Shown: positions 1-13,291 of the stretch, piece after piece
Layout of the letters: each line of letters begins with the position of its first letter
Position numbering within the stretch: position 1 is the stretch's first letter
Assembly: GCA_002633005.1 (NCBI GenBank)
Contig: NMRA01000027.1
Coordinates: 1,327,587 to 1,391,586 of the forward strand
DNA length: 64,000 nt
Origin: Phoronis australis
Taxonomy: Eukaryota > Animalia > Phoronida
Reading direction: 5' to 3'
Notes under the pieces: model-generated
Database searches by the model: none
Seen by the model: only the letters and a program-made list of their open reading frames with translations
What the model was told of the DNA's origin: nothing
Position numbers and translations under genes: made by a program

Positions 1-3000
1 CTTTTACACAAGAACGGCACAACTATGGTACAAGTGGACAAGCGAAATATGTATCATTTTGTCACAAAAGATAAGTAGCACTGTGTATGTGCTGGATCAT
101 TTTTAAGTACTTTCAAAATCAGAGCTGCTAGATCAGAAAATGTCTTCGAAAAAATACTGGTGAAAAGAAAATAGATCAATTATTTGTTGTAAAAAAATTG
201 TGAAATTTTATTGCCAAATGCTACACAGTGATGACTGTCCAGACCACTCCTTCATCACTGAGATAGTTCTGGCGCAGAGTCTCGAAACACTTTCGGATGA
301 AAATGTGCTGGTGATTGAAATTTTCTCTCCCAGGTATCTACTTAACAAAAGGTTACGGTCAGTTTGGCTTGGGATACCAAATAGTGGCCTCTTATATACA
401 GTACTTTACAATATAGTGGATGCTTATACACAGTACTTTACAATGCATTGGGAACGAACAAAATCCAAATATCCGAAAAAATATCACTTAGGAGACATTA
501 GGTTATAAAAAAATAAACAAACCAGGACAAAAACTTGCTAACATTGTTTTTAGTAAATTGATTGACATGATGTATCGGCTCCTATTTAGATACAGGGATC
601 TATTGGAAACTGTGGCAACATAGAACTTACACACAGACGGAAATTAGTCAATACATGCCAAGGAAACAGTACAAAGAGATGTCATGGTTAAACCTCACAA
701 ATTTTGGACACAAGATGGTGGAAATGCTGGACAACTGGCTTTCTTCTCATTTATCATGAAAGATAGGTACCACTAAAGTAATACATTTGTATGTTCGTGG
801 TCTTTACCATAGCTAAACACCAGAAAATATTTTGAAAATTATAAACATTCATGTCATTAGCTCTTGGAAAATAACAAAATGGTAACTCTGACAATTATTT
901 TTGTTTGACATTGGTGAGATTTTATCAAAATTGTCAAAAATGAAATAAATCTTTTGCAGAACTACATCTAAGCCTTCAGTACATTTTTGTTTGGGAAAGA
1001 AGTCTCGCACTCCAAGAGTGACCCTTTTTAGGGCATCCCTTCGTAGGAACAGTTAGAAAAGGCAATCTTTCATGGGGAAACTAGTCGAGAAAAGCTACTC
1101 AACTGAGCAGCAAGTCCTGTATGTACGTCTACAGTAGGAGTACCCCCTTGAGACTGATTCTCATGATACCATTAGCGGTCACGGTATTTGCCCATGCAAA
1201 ACAGCAGTAAGTAACTGCTTGTCAAGGATGTGAGCAATCAACCACCAAAGTAATTGCAAAACATTTATGAATCATTCACGACCTTTCAATGGCCTGTTAT
1301 TTACCATCAAACAGATGTTCATCAAAATTTTCAGGTCCAATATCGTGTCCACCAGATGTTGTTATTTAATGACATTAAAAGCCCAGAGACTTGAGCTTCC
1401 TAAACACCTTTTAAAGCACCAATGAACAGCAACAATACCAATTAATGTAACATCATTAATCACGTAAATGAACCTTACTCTATATCAACTCAGTTCACAA
1501 TATGGAAGCTGCCATTCACCTCAAACAAGAGAAAACAGAAGAGAGCCATAGACACAAGTTTGACGCAATATATTATAATTTATTTAGACAAGTGTAGTGC
1601 AAAGCCCAGAACAGATGAAGAGGTACCAGGTCCTCTAGATGGCTCAAGTGAAAGTTCATTTTTGTGCTAATATAAGCTATGAGCAAAGCTCATTATCATT
1701 TGAGGTGAGCAGCTCTCGGTCTGCGCTGGCCCCAAATGCAGGCTCAGGTGTGCCAGTAGACAGACATATAGGGGACACTCCTTCCTTTACTACAGAAATA
1801 CAAGGGTAGCTGGGAAGGAGGGTGTTGTGCCTGGATCCGCCACCCTCCTTTGCAATAAAAAATAAATGATCATAATTAGACAGTGGCCAAGGAACATAAT
1901 GTTGCACAACATCACAAATTGATAGGTTGTCAAGGCTGTTTACGATGCCAGAATGTTGTTATAAGGGACTCGACTCTTGCACAGACACAGAAATTAAATT
2001 TATAAGTTCACTTAAAATAAAGTTAAAATAACAGTTCAAAGTAAAAACAGAAACAAAACTGGAATCAAGGTCAATCATGTACAAATGCATCTGTAAATGA
2101 TTGATAAAGCTACAGTTGTTGAACTATGACTTGTCTTGAGTGATGACCTTGTGTGAATCAAAGAGGATGATTAATTCGATAGCTCTCAAGATAGATTGTA
2201 AGGCTACATCTCTAAATGTTTTATTTTTCCAGATGATTATGAGGTTGTGATGATCAACACTGAAGGATAGTTGTCGTTTGTTTCAGTTTCGAGAAGTAAA
2301 AAGGTACAACATCAGAGTTTACCGATACAAGTATCATAAGTCCATGCTACATATTGTAATGTAAAACAACCAACCAATTAACAACATATGTTTGGACTAG
2401 ACAATGACGGATGGCATTAAGTTACAAGAGGTTTGAAATGAAAGCCTGTATTGATCACAAAATGTAGAAGCATTATGTAAAAATTCAGTCAAAACAACGA
2501 ATGCCAACAACCCACCAATGGAGGCTTGTTTGCAAACCTTTATCATATAAAGCATTGGAAAACAGACACGCGAGCTGAGGTCGATTTGCTGACAACCATT
2601 CTTATGAAATGAGGCAGTCTTGCCTCCAAGATACTGTCGAAAATTATCAGAAGCAGCCAAAGACTCCGGCATGTACAACGCACCTGCGCTTCAGATACCT
2701 AAAGAGTATGTATTACAATGGCCGAGGTGTGCTGCCACCTGTACTGCCAAAAAATTATGCTCACAAAGAATATGTTCTGTTGAAAACCAAGCATCAATGT
2801 TTCAGTACTTTGTTAAGAAATCAGGTAGCAACTGTGCTCTGAGGTTGCTCTCATCCAGGGTAGAAAACTGCCAGAAAGCATGCATTAAAAATTTAAAATT
2901 TAGGATATCAACAAAATTAGGCAATAATTAAATAAACAGTGTCTCATGATGTTGACAATTTGAAGCCATGATTGCATCACAAGGGGTCTGCTGTTCAGAG

Positions 3001-5292
3001 TCTTGAAGTAATAGTAACTAATTCTGGAGTCTGATAAACCCATTAATTTCAAGTTTGTCCAACATCAGACTTTGAGTCACACTAAAGTCACCCATACAGA
3101 GGTCCGTCTATAACTCACAGTTGATCAGTAGATTAATGCATCGTAAGTCTCCGTAGGAATTAAAAATGTTGACACCAGACCACAGAGTGATGCAAGCAGA
3201 AAATGCAGCGATGCATAACTTCAAAATATGGACCCATCACGGTAGTGAGGGATAAAACATCGTTTTTCTAGTTAATAAATTAGTTTGTGGACACGAGGCA
3301 GATATTCAGTTAATGAGCACCTGAGGGACATGTATTCTGAACTTCGCACCTGCCTCACGTGTCTGTGCCATTGTAGCAGAAAACAAGATAATTAGCAATT
3401 TTAACATTGATATCGGATACGGGTTTAGAAAATTCAACTTGGCTCATTTCACAACACCTTACACATGTCCATAGATCTGAGAAAGAACCGCTGACATCAT
3501 CGATTCTCATGAACATTAATCAAAGTTCATTTTTGGGGGCAGAGCAATTAGCATTACGGATGACTTTACAGTTCAATGAAACACTGGCTGAAATAAACAA
3601 CAATCATACGTCGAAACTAACACTTTTTTAACTGTTTGGCATCTGAAATTGAATTCTTTATGAAAAGTTCTAAGGTAAGTAAAATTTTCCTAGAAGAAAT
3701 ACGATGAACATAGGCTAAAACAATGTCTAGGTAAAAGTTTGGATTCGGTTTGTTGACCAGTATACTGGACAGGTACTTTCACTTTGATGTATTTGTGGTA
3801 CATGTGTGAGTGGTGATGCGGGACATAAGACTGCACCAACTCACATAGAATATCATCAAATCTAGCTCAGGATGATCACACAATAACAACAGATAAGACG
3901 TCTGTTTCTTAGAGTAAGATGTAGATTAAGACGTTTCATTTTATCAAACATCAACCAGGCATTAACTTTAACCTTGAAAGCATTATTTTCAAATTTGAAA
4001 TAAAAATGCAGAAAAAGTTTGACTGATGGACTTGACCTTGGTAACATGAACTTTGGCTGAAGGTCACAAACTGTAGGCAAATTCAGACTAATAATTCTTC
4101 CCAAATAGTTGTTTTATTAATCATGGGCATCACATTGTTATGACTCTAAATTAGTTTTCGTGAAATCGCTTGTACCTATTTTGATAAAACATTTTGTACT
4201 CGTCTTGTAATGTGCAGGCGAAGTAATCCGTGACACCAGGTTCTCATGCATTATGCTGTATTCCATTTACATCAAACGTCTTGAGTTTGCCTCTTATTAT
4301 ACAGTCAATCAGTGTGGAAAATGGTTCCAATCACTAACAAATTGACTGCATGATCTTTTGGTTGAGATTAAAAATGCATTCTTTACTACGTGGCTCACCT
4401 ACTAGTAGGTCACTCTACTAGGTCAAGGAGAAATTCCATAAAAATTCTTTCAGTCATTCAGCTGGAGCATTCAACATTCAACCAGCTGATGTAACAAGGA
4501 TATACCAAGCCCAAGAACAACAACACAGGATAACGTTGAGATGAATTTAATTATTCCTTCAAAGTTCTTCCAGTCTTAAGTACATAACCTGTGAAGTGCT
4601 CTGCTATTGACGTGATCCGGAAGTGGCGTATTGCCACATAGACTGCTGTCACCTGGATTTGAAATGATCCATTCCTGATCATAGACCAAAAAATGAAACA
4701 AAACAAAAACAAAACGTGGAAGTAGAAAACTTTGATCAGCCTTTACTGTAGAAATAGAAAAAAGGAGAATCTTTGTAAAGTTCTTTCTGTCTAAGACTTT
4801 TTTCAGTTTTCAATTGAAGGCCAACTTTCACTTTCAGAACGGAATTCGTCAGCGAAGATCTTAATTGCTAATCTGCTAACAATCTATAGACAGTGTTTGG
4901 CTTTCTCTACTAAGCAGTTGAGGGTGATGCTCCCATAGACTTTCCTACGCCGGAAGCTTTTCGGGGAGTTATGCATCACACTGGTTAAAAAATCAAAGTC
5001 ATGTTGCTGTAAGTACATTTTGCGCATAGAGGGACATCTTAGGAGGCCGTCGATGTCTTTGATTCCTTCCAGCTCAAACAAATACCGTCGTAATCAAACT
5101 TTTTTAGCAGTTCTTTGTTCAGTTGCCCAAATTGGCAACTGGTCATTTTCACACTGCATGCGCCGGGGGATATGACATTACTCACAAGAAATTTTGAATA
5201 CATGAGTATTTCGTTCGTGTGGTTTAATGGTTTAATATCTTAATAATCACCAAAATGCTTCGGGTGTATTGAAGCCTGAAGCAAGGTCCTGT

Positions 5293-7659
5293 TAGGCAAT
5301 GACCATCGCCTCTGTTGGCCCGAAGCAGAGGCGATACAGAGGCTATAGGCGCTCTGTATGCCGGAAGCTTTTCGGCGAATTATGCCTCGCACCGACTAAA
5401 CCGTCAAAGTCACGTTGTTATAAATACCTTTTGCGCATACAAGAACACCTTAGGAGGTTGTCGATGTGTTTAATTCCTTCCAACTCGAACAAATACTCCC
5501 GTTATGAAACTTTTTCTTCGAGTAGTCCCTATTTCAGTTCCCAAAATCGTGAAATCAACTTTTTCATTTTTTTAACCAGGCCGAAGGTCAGAAGTTGCGG
5601 ACCTACCGGCGAACTTTGAAAGCTGAAGTTCCTGCCCTTCGCGTACGTGCTGCCAGGAACCAGCCGTGCATTTGCCGTGTTGTTAAACATTAAAATGTCA
5701 AATATGTGCACAAAGACTAGTAAATGTCATATCAACAGCATTTATTTTTATCAAATACAAACAATGATTCATTGAAATACAATCAGTTTCAAGTAACGCC
5801 AATTAAAGACAAGTATAAGTGGTGGCATTTTGGAAACGAACATTTCACTGACAAGACCGCAATGGCTCACCTTTGGCCTATTTAAAGATTGAGGTCATGA
5901 ATTCACATCACCTAGCGAGCGCGGTAAAAATTGGAACGTGCGCAGTATAAAAATGGTGAGTTCACGATTTTGGGAACTGAAATAGGGACTGCTCGAAGAA
6001 AAAGTTTGATAATGGGAATATTTGTTCGAGTTGGAAGGAATTAAACACATCGACAACCTCCTCAGGTGTTCCTCTATGCGCAAAAGGTATTTATAACAAC
6101 ATGACTTTGATGGTTTAGTCGGTGCGAGGCATATTTCGCCGAAAAGCTTCCGGCGTACAGAGCGCCTATAGTAGGGAGAACAGCATTTTTCAAAAATTTT
6201 AGAAAATGTGCATGTAATATACATCACGAGAAAGCCCTCTACAAGACCAAAAGAACGGTGCAAAAATTTTTTAAATCGGACTTACGGTTCCGGAGAAAAT
6301 GGTGTTTTTGTGTCAAATNNNNNNNNNNNNNNNNNNNNNNNNNNNNNNNNNNNNNNNNNNNNNNNNNNNNNNNNNNNNNNNNNNNNNNNNNNNNNNNNNN
6401 NNNNNNNNNNNNNNNNNNNNNNNNNNNNNNNNNNNNNNNNNNNNNNNNNNNNNNNNNNNNNNNNNNNNNNNNNNNNNNNNNNNNNNNNNNNNNNNNNNNN
6501 NNNNNNNNNNNNNNNNNNNNNNNNNNNNNNNNNNNNNNNNNNNNNNNNNNNNNNNNNNNNNNNNNNNNNNNNNNNNNNNNNNNNNNNNNNNNNNNNNNNN
6601 NNNNNNNNNNNNNNNNNNNNNNNNNNNNNNNNNNNNNNNNNNNNNNNNNNNNNNNNNNNNNNNNNNNNNNNNNNNNNNNNNNNNNNNNNNNNNNNNNNNN
6701 NNNNNNNNNNNNNNNNNNNNNNNNNNNNNNNNNNNNNNNNNNNNNNNNNNNNNNNNNNNNNNNNNNNNNNNNNNNNNNNNNNNNNNNNNNNNNNNNNNNN
6801 NNNNNNNNNNNNNNNNNNNNNNNNNNNNNNNNNNNNNNNNNNNNNNNNNNNNNNNNNNNNNNNNNNNNNNNNNNNNNNNNNNNNNNNNNNNNNNNNNNNN
6901 NNNNNNNNNNNNNNNNNNNNNNNNNNNNNNNNNNNNNNNNNNNNNNNNNNNNNNNNNNNNNNNNNNNNNNNNNNNNNNNNNNNNNNNNNNNNNNNNNNNN
7001 NNNNNNNNNNNNNNNNNNNNNNNNNNNNNNNNNNGTGAGTCAGAAATACGCCCGATTGTCAGAAATCGACGAAGGGCCCGTTTGCAACAAGTGTTTGAAA
7101 TAGTTCATTGATGAACCCTTTAGTGCGCAATACGATTCATTATGTGCGCAAATTCGGAAATGTACCAATTAATTCAGGTCAAAGTTGAAGGTCGCGGGAA
7201 CTGGCAACTTTTTCAACTTTTAAGACCACGAAAGTGAAAAATACTTACGTAATAACGTGCGCAAGGGTTTCTTCTACAAGTTCACGAAGTTTCACGCCAA
7301 AATTCGAGAGTTTAGTCTTCTCCTGAGTTGAAAATCAAATACCAGTTGTTTTTACCGGCTACCATTTTGCTTTGAAATGTCGGTCACGTTGCTGCAAAAA
7401 ACTCGTGCAAAGTATTATTAAACGGATTTTGCGGCGAAAAAAGACTAACATTTAAGTAAAATAACGTATTATTTCATACTTTGAAGTAATTTTTATTCAC
7501 ATTTATTGCATTTTTGAGTGATTTTTTGCCGATTGTAATGTGCAAATTTTACACGGTGACAGATACGCGAAGCGATTTGGTGACGGCATGTTGTCCTCGC
7601 TACCTATAGCCTCTGCATCGCCTCTGCTTCGGGCCAACAGAGGCGATGGTCATTGCCTA
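5293..7659. mobile_element. Non-autonomous hAT-like DNA transposon (spans assembly gap 6319-7034)
   Basis: ~57-bp terminal inverted repeats (TAGGCAATGACCATCGCCTCTGTTGGCCCGAAGCAGAGGCGAT...) starting at 5293 and ending at 7659; perfect 8-bp TSD GGTCCTGT at 5285-5292 and 7660-7667. An 8-bp TSD with YAG termini is typical of hAT. Confidence 0.85.
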
Positions 7660-7983
7660 GGTCCTGTGGGAGCATCACGTTGCTTCTGAAAATCTGTCGT
7701 GGTTTGAGCTCATTACAGGCATATGTTTTATCTTAATGATCAAACAGTGACTAACAGGACTGAAAGAAGATTCCGACGTCCACAAGCTCACTTTGAGTCC
7801 CGTGAGCGAGCAGGTGATCCACGAAGTCCACTCTGCACTGGCAGTGCCACTGCCCAGAAACGACACTTCCGCATTTAACGACAGCCTACAACTTCTGTGT
7901 GATAGCGAGCTGTCTTTTGTTTTACCACTTGCCCGTTAAAGTAGTTGTAAATTGTACGGCTTAAAGTATAACAAGAATATTAC

Positions 7984-8052
7984 CTTCGCCTTTGTTCGTA
8001 TAAATTGCTTTGAAATGGCCTTTGCAAACACGCCAGCCTTCTGGTCCGCCAT
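7984..8052 (-). CDS. AMPH: First coding exon of an amphiphysin/BIN-family N-BAR protein (MADQKAGVFAKAISKQFIRTKAK)
   Basis: AAAATGGCG start context, 23 codons, then phase-0 GTAAT donor. The peptide matches the recalled amphiphysin N-terminal amphipathic helix (MADIKTGIFAKNVQKRLNRAQEK) in length and pattern. The next exon (VLQKLGK...) was not found; it may lie in the gap or left of the window. Confidence 0.7.
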
Positions 8053-8278
8053 TTTCTTAATGTGTTGACAGATGGCGCTTCCTAAGACTAACCCTCAACC
8101 AATGAAAATCCAAAAAATTACCAACTGCTTGACAGTTCTTCGTTGACGGCCATATTGAAATCATGCCGGTGATCTAAATCGCTGACTAACCAACACACAT
8201 TTTCTTTAGAAAACTGTCGTCGTCGGAGTTTTGGGACAAATTCATTCTAGAAAAAAGAATCAACGTGCGTATAATAAA
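8053..8278. promoter_or_regulatory. Bidirectional promoter between the amphiphysin-like gene and PSMD3
   Basis: Divergent ATGs at 8052 (-) and 8279 (+); YY1-like AGATGGCG near 8070, CCAAT at 8099-8103, no obvious TATA box. Confidence 0.6.
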
Positions 8279-8393
8279 ATGGTCAAGCAACCGAAAGAAA
8301 GCGTGGCGGATGTAGAAATGAAAGATGATGCAAAAAAGGACAAAGAAACAGAAGAAGAACCGAAAAAACATCCCGATATTCTGACGTTGGAGG
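8279..8393 (+). CDS. PSMD3: 26S proteasome non-ATPase regulatory subunit 3 (Rpn3), exon 1
   Basis: MVKQPKESVADVEMKDDAKK...DILTLE, then phase-1 GTAAAG donor; DVEM and TLE(D) match the PSMD3 N-terminus. Confidence 0.88.
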
Positions 8394-9477
8394 GTAAAGG
8401 GATTTTAAAATTAGCAGTTTATTCTTATTCCTGTCATTGATATGCTTTTCAGCACATATTACCTTCATATTAAAAGTTGATGGCCAAATTTCATCACAAG
8501 ATGATAAATCTGCGAAGTTCTGACATTTCTGTGAGCCTGGGCCTGGGGCTGGTCGTAAAGTTCAACGTCACAGTCGGATACTGTGTACCTAATTATCGGA
8601 CGGACCCCAAATATCGGACATTACATAAAATCTTCCTTGAAGCATAATCTGAGAAATATATGACACAAATTTTTGTTCCGCTGTAATGCATTCAATGTCC
8701 GGCACTGTCTCGTTTTTTTTCTAGCGTTGCCTCGTTTTGATTTTACCAAGAGAGGGTGCAATTTAGACCCCCAAGTCAGCCTTAAAATGGTCGATCGCTT
8801 AAATCGGTTATAAAAGTTGAAAACAAAATCTTTTTCTACAATGAAATCATCTAATTGAACTAACAATATGTCACTGTTTCTGTGTTTCATTTTTTTCATT
8901 TGTTTTTAAGCTCAAGTCAAACCCTGGCCACGCACGTGCGTGTGTCATATTAAGAAGGCAAAGAGACACTAAAAACTTCAATGAGTTTTCATGCGCTTTA
9001 GTCGTCTGCTCTGATTCATCGAAACGACTCGGTACTGTCATCAGACTTCATGTTATGGACAATTTTTTTGCGAATGGAGCTGTTTTTAGCAGCATATGTC
9101 AAAACACTCAAGCTGAAATTTGGCTACAAGGTGCCCGCGGCCATTACTTGCTTAGTTAGTTCTCCGCAGTGTGGCGTATAGGGAAACATGGTGTCCGATC
9201 TTTAGGTTTTACGTAGGTTTGCTATTTGTGTTTTTTAAAGATCAGTCGGAACATAAATATGGCTTTTGGTGACAAGATATAGTAACACAACAATTCTATA
9301 AAGGTAAGCCATTTATTTCAGCAAAGAATTTACAACAATCCGTAGTATTTTCCGTTAAATTTAATGCAAAATGTGCCAAAACATCCGATAATTAGGTCAC
9401 TTGACTTTATAATGGAGACCGATTTAGAGAACCAGTTTCATCTACTAAATAACGGCTGGGTCCATTATATGCGACTA

Positions 9478-9620
9478 GTGTTGAGTTCAACTTCAATAGC
9501 TGTCTCGCTAAAAAAATGTAGCCAAAATCACATGCTTTCATTGAAAATAAACGACAATAATTCGCGCAATTTCCCAACATCTTGCTTTTTAGCGAGGACT
9601 TAGCGTTACTGAACTCTACC
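9478..9620. mobile_element. ~135-bp MITE family copy (others at 29297-29430, ~39900-40045, partial ~59665-59760)
   Basis: Shared core (AAAATCAC..GTTCTCATTTAAAATACACGGCAATATCTCACGTAAT) and the right terminus TTTAGCGAGGxCxTAGCGTTACTGAACTCTACC. Confidence 0.6.
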
Positions 9621-9807
9621 TCGGAATCAGAAGAGAAGCATGAGGGTGTCCTGTCTGAGTCCCCGCTTCTTGAACAAAGCAAACGAGTGCTTGAGATTAC
9701 TCTCGATAGTTAGTTCGCTTAGAAATCCCAAGGTGGCGTCTGACATGGCATTAGAGTGTCAAGGCAATTACCTTGTCTTGATACTGAGTGAGGCGCACAG
9801 CGCCAAA

Positions 9808-9867
9808 GGAGGGGAGGTCTGGAGAGGAGGGGTGGTCGGGAGAGGAGGGGAGGTCGGGAGAGGGGGG
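9808..9867 (+). repeat. G-rich 18-bp tandem repeat (GGAGGGGAGGTCGGGAGA), about 3 copies
   Basis: Read directly from the sequence. Confidence 0.7.
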
Positions 9868-11354
9868 TTTCCGCCCTCTCGCTGAGGAAAAAATTGTAAT
9901 TTAACTGCCCTCCCGCTGAGAGAAAAATTGTAATTTATATAAAATATGTCATTTTCCTTGCATTTTAGCACAGTTTGCATTTTTTTCGTGTTCAAAGAAC
10001 GGCAAAGAAGGAAAATGAGCCATTAAGAGGCAGTCCATATAAAATCTGTAGATTTTCAAAAATCAGTCTACACATCAAAATTCAAAACATTCTTCATTTT
10101 TTGCACATGGATAGGTATCCTAACAAAATCTAAATGCCGCATTTTGTGCACTCAGTGACCCCTAATGTTGCGGCTGGAGCACTAGACTGCAATTGGTCAT
10201 ATTATCCGTCTCCGAAATTGTATGTTTTCAGCTACAAAAATAAGTAACTTACAAAATAGACTGAAAGTTGTACATTGGTGCCTGAAATAACCAATGTATA
10301 CTGTATAATTATTTGGCATTTACTCAAATTTGATGGCTTTGTATTAGACAGGGGAAATAATCCACAGGCCACTTTCCCTAACTAATTTTAGTGGCCATTT
10401 TTGTGACCCTTTTATTGCCATATTGCACCTTGTAGCTTTATGTAACTTTTTGAACTTACAAGCTAAAGAGTAAATCTTGATGACTGACCAAAATATATTT
10501 TGCCTCAACTCTACATTTAGTGAAAATTGTCTTGCAAAACTGTCGATTTTGGAAATGATTCAGCATTGTTTACAGACAAATTGAATGAAATTTTGAACAA
10601 GAAATCTGCTTTAAACTGTTATAAAAATCAAGTCTAAAGTCTTTCAATTGAAAACAGGTTGTTTTCTGGATGTTTTATGCGGTCAGTATCAAAATTGAAC
10701 CCGATGACCTTTGTCCAGTGGGTCAGTTGACATTAGGTTTGAGGATATATAAAAAACTTGTACATGTAACCTTCTTGTTTCTTCCATTATCATTTATTTG
10801 ACAATTGCAGACCAATTAAATGGAAATAAATCCCTTTGAAGTTTGAATTTCTACAGGAGTCCTGATGTTTTCTATCCCATCACTTACGGAATGTTTACCT
10901 GAGTTTGTAATTTATTAAGATATATTTCCAGGTATATATATTTTGTGTTTGCTTGCCCTACCTCAGTTTAACCGAATCCCTGTTACTAATGAAGAACGCA
11001 TATGATCAGAAACAGTAGAGGCACGTGTTTCATGGTCTGATCTTGGCCAATTTTTGTTTCGATCAATTCCGACTTCCATCTGTTGTAATTTGGGCGCGTG
11101 TTTGATATTGTGCTGACTGCTGAGGGTGGCAAATGCACTCATTTCGCTAAATAAGCATCTAGGTAATCGTTATATTAATTTAAAGTATGGAAGTCGCCAA
11201 GTGTTGTTTTTGGTAAGTATCTGCATCAGTTTTGAAAGTGTAGAGTGAGCTGTTGTTATCTGGGTCACACTCAATTTCATTTCAGATCTCAAGGAGCATG
11301 TCCACTACATAGAGAAGGCTGTTGTTATCTGGGTCACACTCAATTTCATTTCAG

Positions 11355-11545
11355 ATCTCAAGGAGCATGTCCACTACATAGAGAAGGCTGTTGCGCTAAA
11401 GGAGCCTCGTTACGTTACACGTGTCACCCGTGCACTGGTTACGACCAGGCGCAGGTTAAACCACAGTGTGCTACGCAGGGCCATCATGGGCTGGTTCCCA
11501 CCTAGTAACACCCAGAGGGACTCTCTTCTATCATTTTTACCTGAG
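11355..11545 (+). CDS. PSMD3: PSMD3 exon 2 (alternative duplicated acceptor at 11286)
   Basis: TTTCAG acceptor; DLKEHVHYIEKAVALKEPRYVTRVTRALVTTRRRLNHSVLRRAIMGWFPPSNTQRDSLLSFLPE, then GTAAC donor; 191 nt, phases 1 to 0. Confidence 0.9.
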
Positions 11546-12405
11546 GTAACTTCTTAGACAATTGCTAGGTCATGGCGTTTCTTGTTTTTTTTTGTCTGTT
11601 CTGCTTACTGCTAGCTGTGCTAGAAGTCAAGGTGATATGTGAGTCATGTTTATGTTTTTCTAGGCTCTCTATTTCAAACGGGTTGCTTGAACTATTTGAT
11701 GATTTATGAGATATTAAATCTATAAGATATGAAATTGTCAGTTAGAATTCTCTCTGAGCAAAAGTCCTAGTGAGGCGGAAATTGCTGGTGCTGTTGTTGT
11801 TTTGTGCTTTCTGCTGATTCTCAGTTAAACAAATATGTCCACACATTATTTTCACTTGATGAGTTCTTCTCTTTGCATCATGTTATTGGATGAATGCTGG
11901 TCATTCCTAATTAAGGTAATAGTTCAACCCTTACACTAGTGGATTTCTTACACACTACCTTCCCAGTGACGATTGAATTTTGTGAAACCTACGTAGGGCA
12001 GCGAAAATACTTTAAAACTACTTAGTATTTTTTGTTTTAATTTTGCAGAAGCTATATGTACTTTGTCAAGTATTCCAAATTTTGTATACCAAATCAGAAA
12101 AAAACTAACTATTCTTAGTAAAATTTCACACTCGGAAAATCTTGACATGGCTCATTATAGTTTTGTTCATTGATGGTGTTTACAGCTGTTTGTTGCCTCG
12201 TTTAAGAGAATATAGATGAAGATGAAACTGATACTGCAGTTGGTAAGCAGTAACATTGGTCACCAGGCACGGCACTTGCGAAGTCACTGGAAGACAACAT
12301 TAGCAGTGAACTACTTGAATCAAATGCCACAACGTTCATTTTTTTGTGGAAAACGTTGATCAATGTTTGAACTGGTCTTGATTTTATACTCACAATTATT
12401 CTTAG

Positions 12406-12549
12406 GATACACCGGCTGTCAACGGAATGGCATCTCCGTTTCGTCCGAGGTCGGCCAAGAACATGCAGTCGCCACTTCTTCCAGAAATAGACATCTACCT
12501 TCACCTGTTGGTACTAGTACATTTGATTGACAGCAAGCGATATGAAGAG
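12406..12549 (+). CDS. PSMD3: PSMD3 exon 3
   Basis: CTTAG acceptor; DTPAVNGMASPFRPRSAKNMQSPLLPEIDIYLHLLVLVHLIDSKRYEE, then GTATGA donor; FRPR and PLLPE motifs are conserved. Confidence 0.88.
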
Positions 12550-12812
12550 GTATGAGAACCAGTGTCAAAAAGGTGGTGTGAAATTGCTCTTCTTGATGCT
12601 TCAGACGAGGATCCAGGATTTTTATCCTAAGCGATCTGAGAGTATGCAAACGTGAGGGGTGGTGGAGAATCCTCTGTTACAGCAATTTGAAAGTGATTGA
12701 GCCGGGGGTTCCAGACTACTCCTTTGGTTCTGCACCTGTACTTAACCATGAAAGTTGTCTTTGATTTATTGTCTAGGTATCGAGTAATAAATTCCTATCC
12801 GTTTCTGTGCAG

Positions 12813-12949
12813 GCCGTCAATTGCTCGGATTCCCTAATGGAGAAAGTGTGCAGTCAGAACAGGAGAACGCTAGATGTGCTGGCTGCAAAGTGTTACTTCT
12901 ATCACTCACGCGCCTATGAGCTCACAGACCAGATTGAGAAAATAAGGAG
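12813..12949 (+). CDS. PSMD3: PSMD3 exon 4
   Basis: TGCAG acceptor; AVNCSDSLMEKVCSQNRRTLDVLAAKCYFYHSRAYELTDQIEKIR(S), then GTATAC donor. Confidence 0.93.
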
Positions 12950-13291
12950 GTATACATGATTGAAGAGCATGAGTCATGGTCAGGTGATCAGTATAGTGCC
13001 ATAATCACGCTTGGTGTATCGCACAGTTTCAGGCCACCTTTTAATTGAAGAGCATGCTTGATGAAGCAATCTGACCATCATGGTTGATTGTCAGTTATCT
13101 GGTTACTCAGAAGGTGGCTCTGCTGTCCATCTGATTAGTGGGTTGATTGAGGCACTATTTGTCCAGATGTGACGCAGTTCTACAGTACACACTTAAAGAG
13201 TTACATGTTTAGACAGTCTTTGCCAGATGTATCCTTAATCTCCCTACCTTCAAATTGGGTGAGTCAGCATTGATTGTCTTCTTGTTTCCAG

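Noticed and set aside
1570-4652. Exon-like minus-strand segments (4589-4652, ~2555-2718, 1677-1850) as further amphiphysin exons
   Set aside because: Translations show no BAR-domain similarity and the joins tried gave early stops.
6208-7111. Long ORFs spanning N-runs (also at 25.0-25.7, 28.2-28.7 and 43.3-44.5 kb)
   Set aside because: Artefacts of translating assembly gaps; only the Gypsy part at 43301-43762 is real coding sequence.
12217-12243. Possible PSMD3 microexon before the GTAAG near 12243
   Set aside because: The in-phase reading (MKMKLILQL) has no PSMD3 similarity, and the gene model is complete without it.
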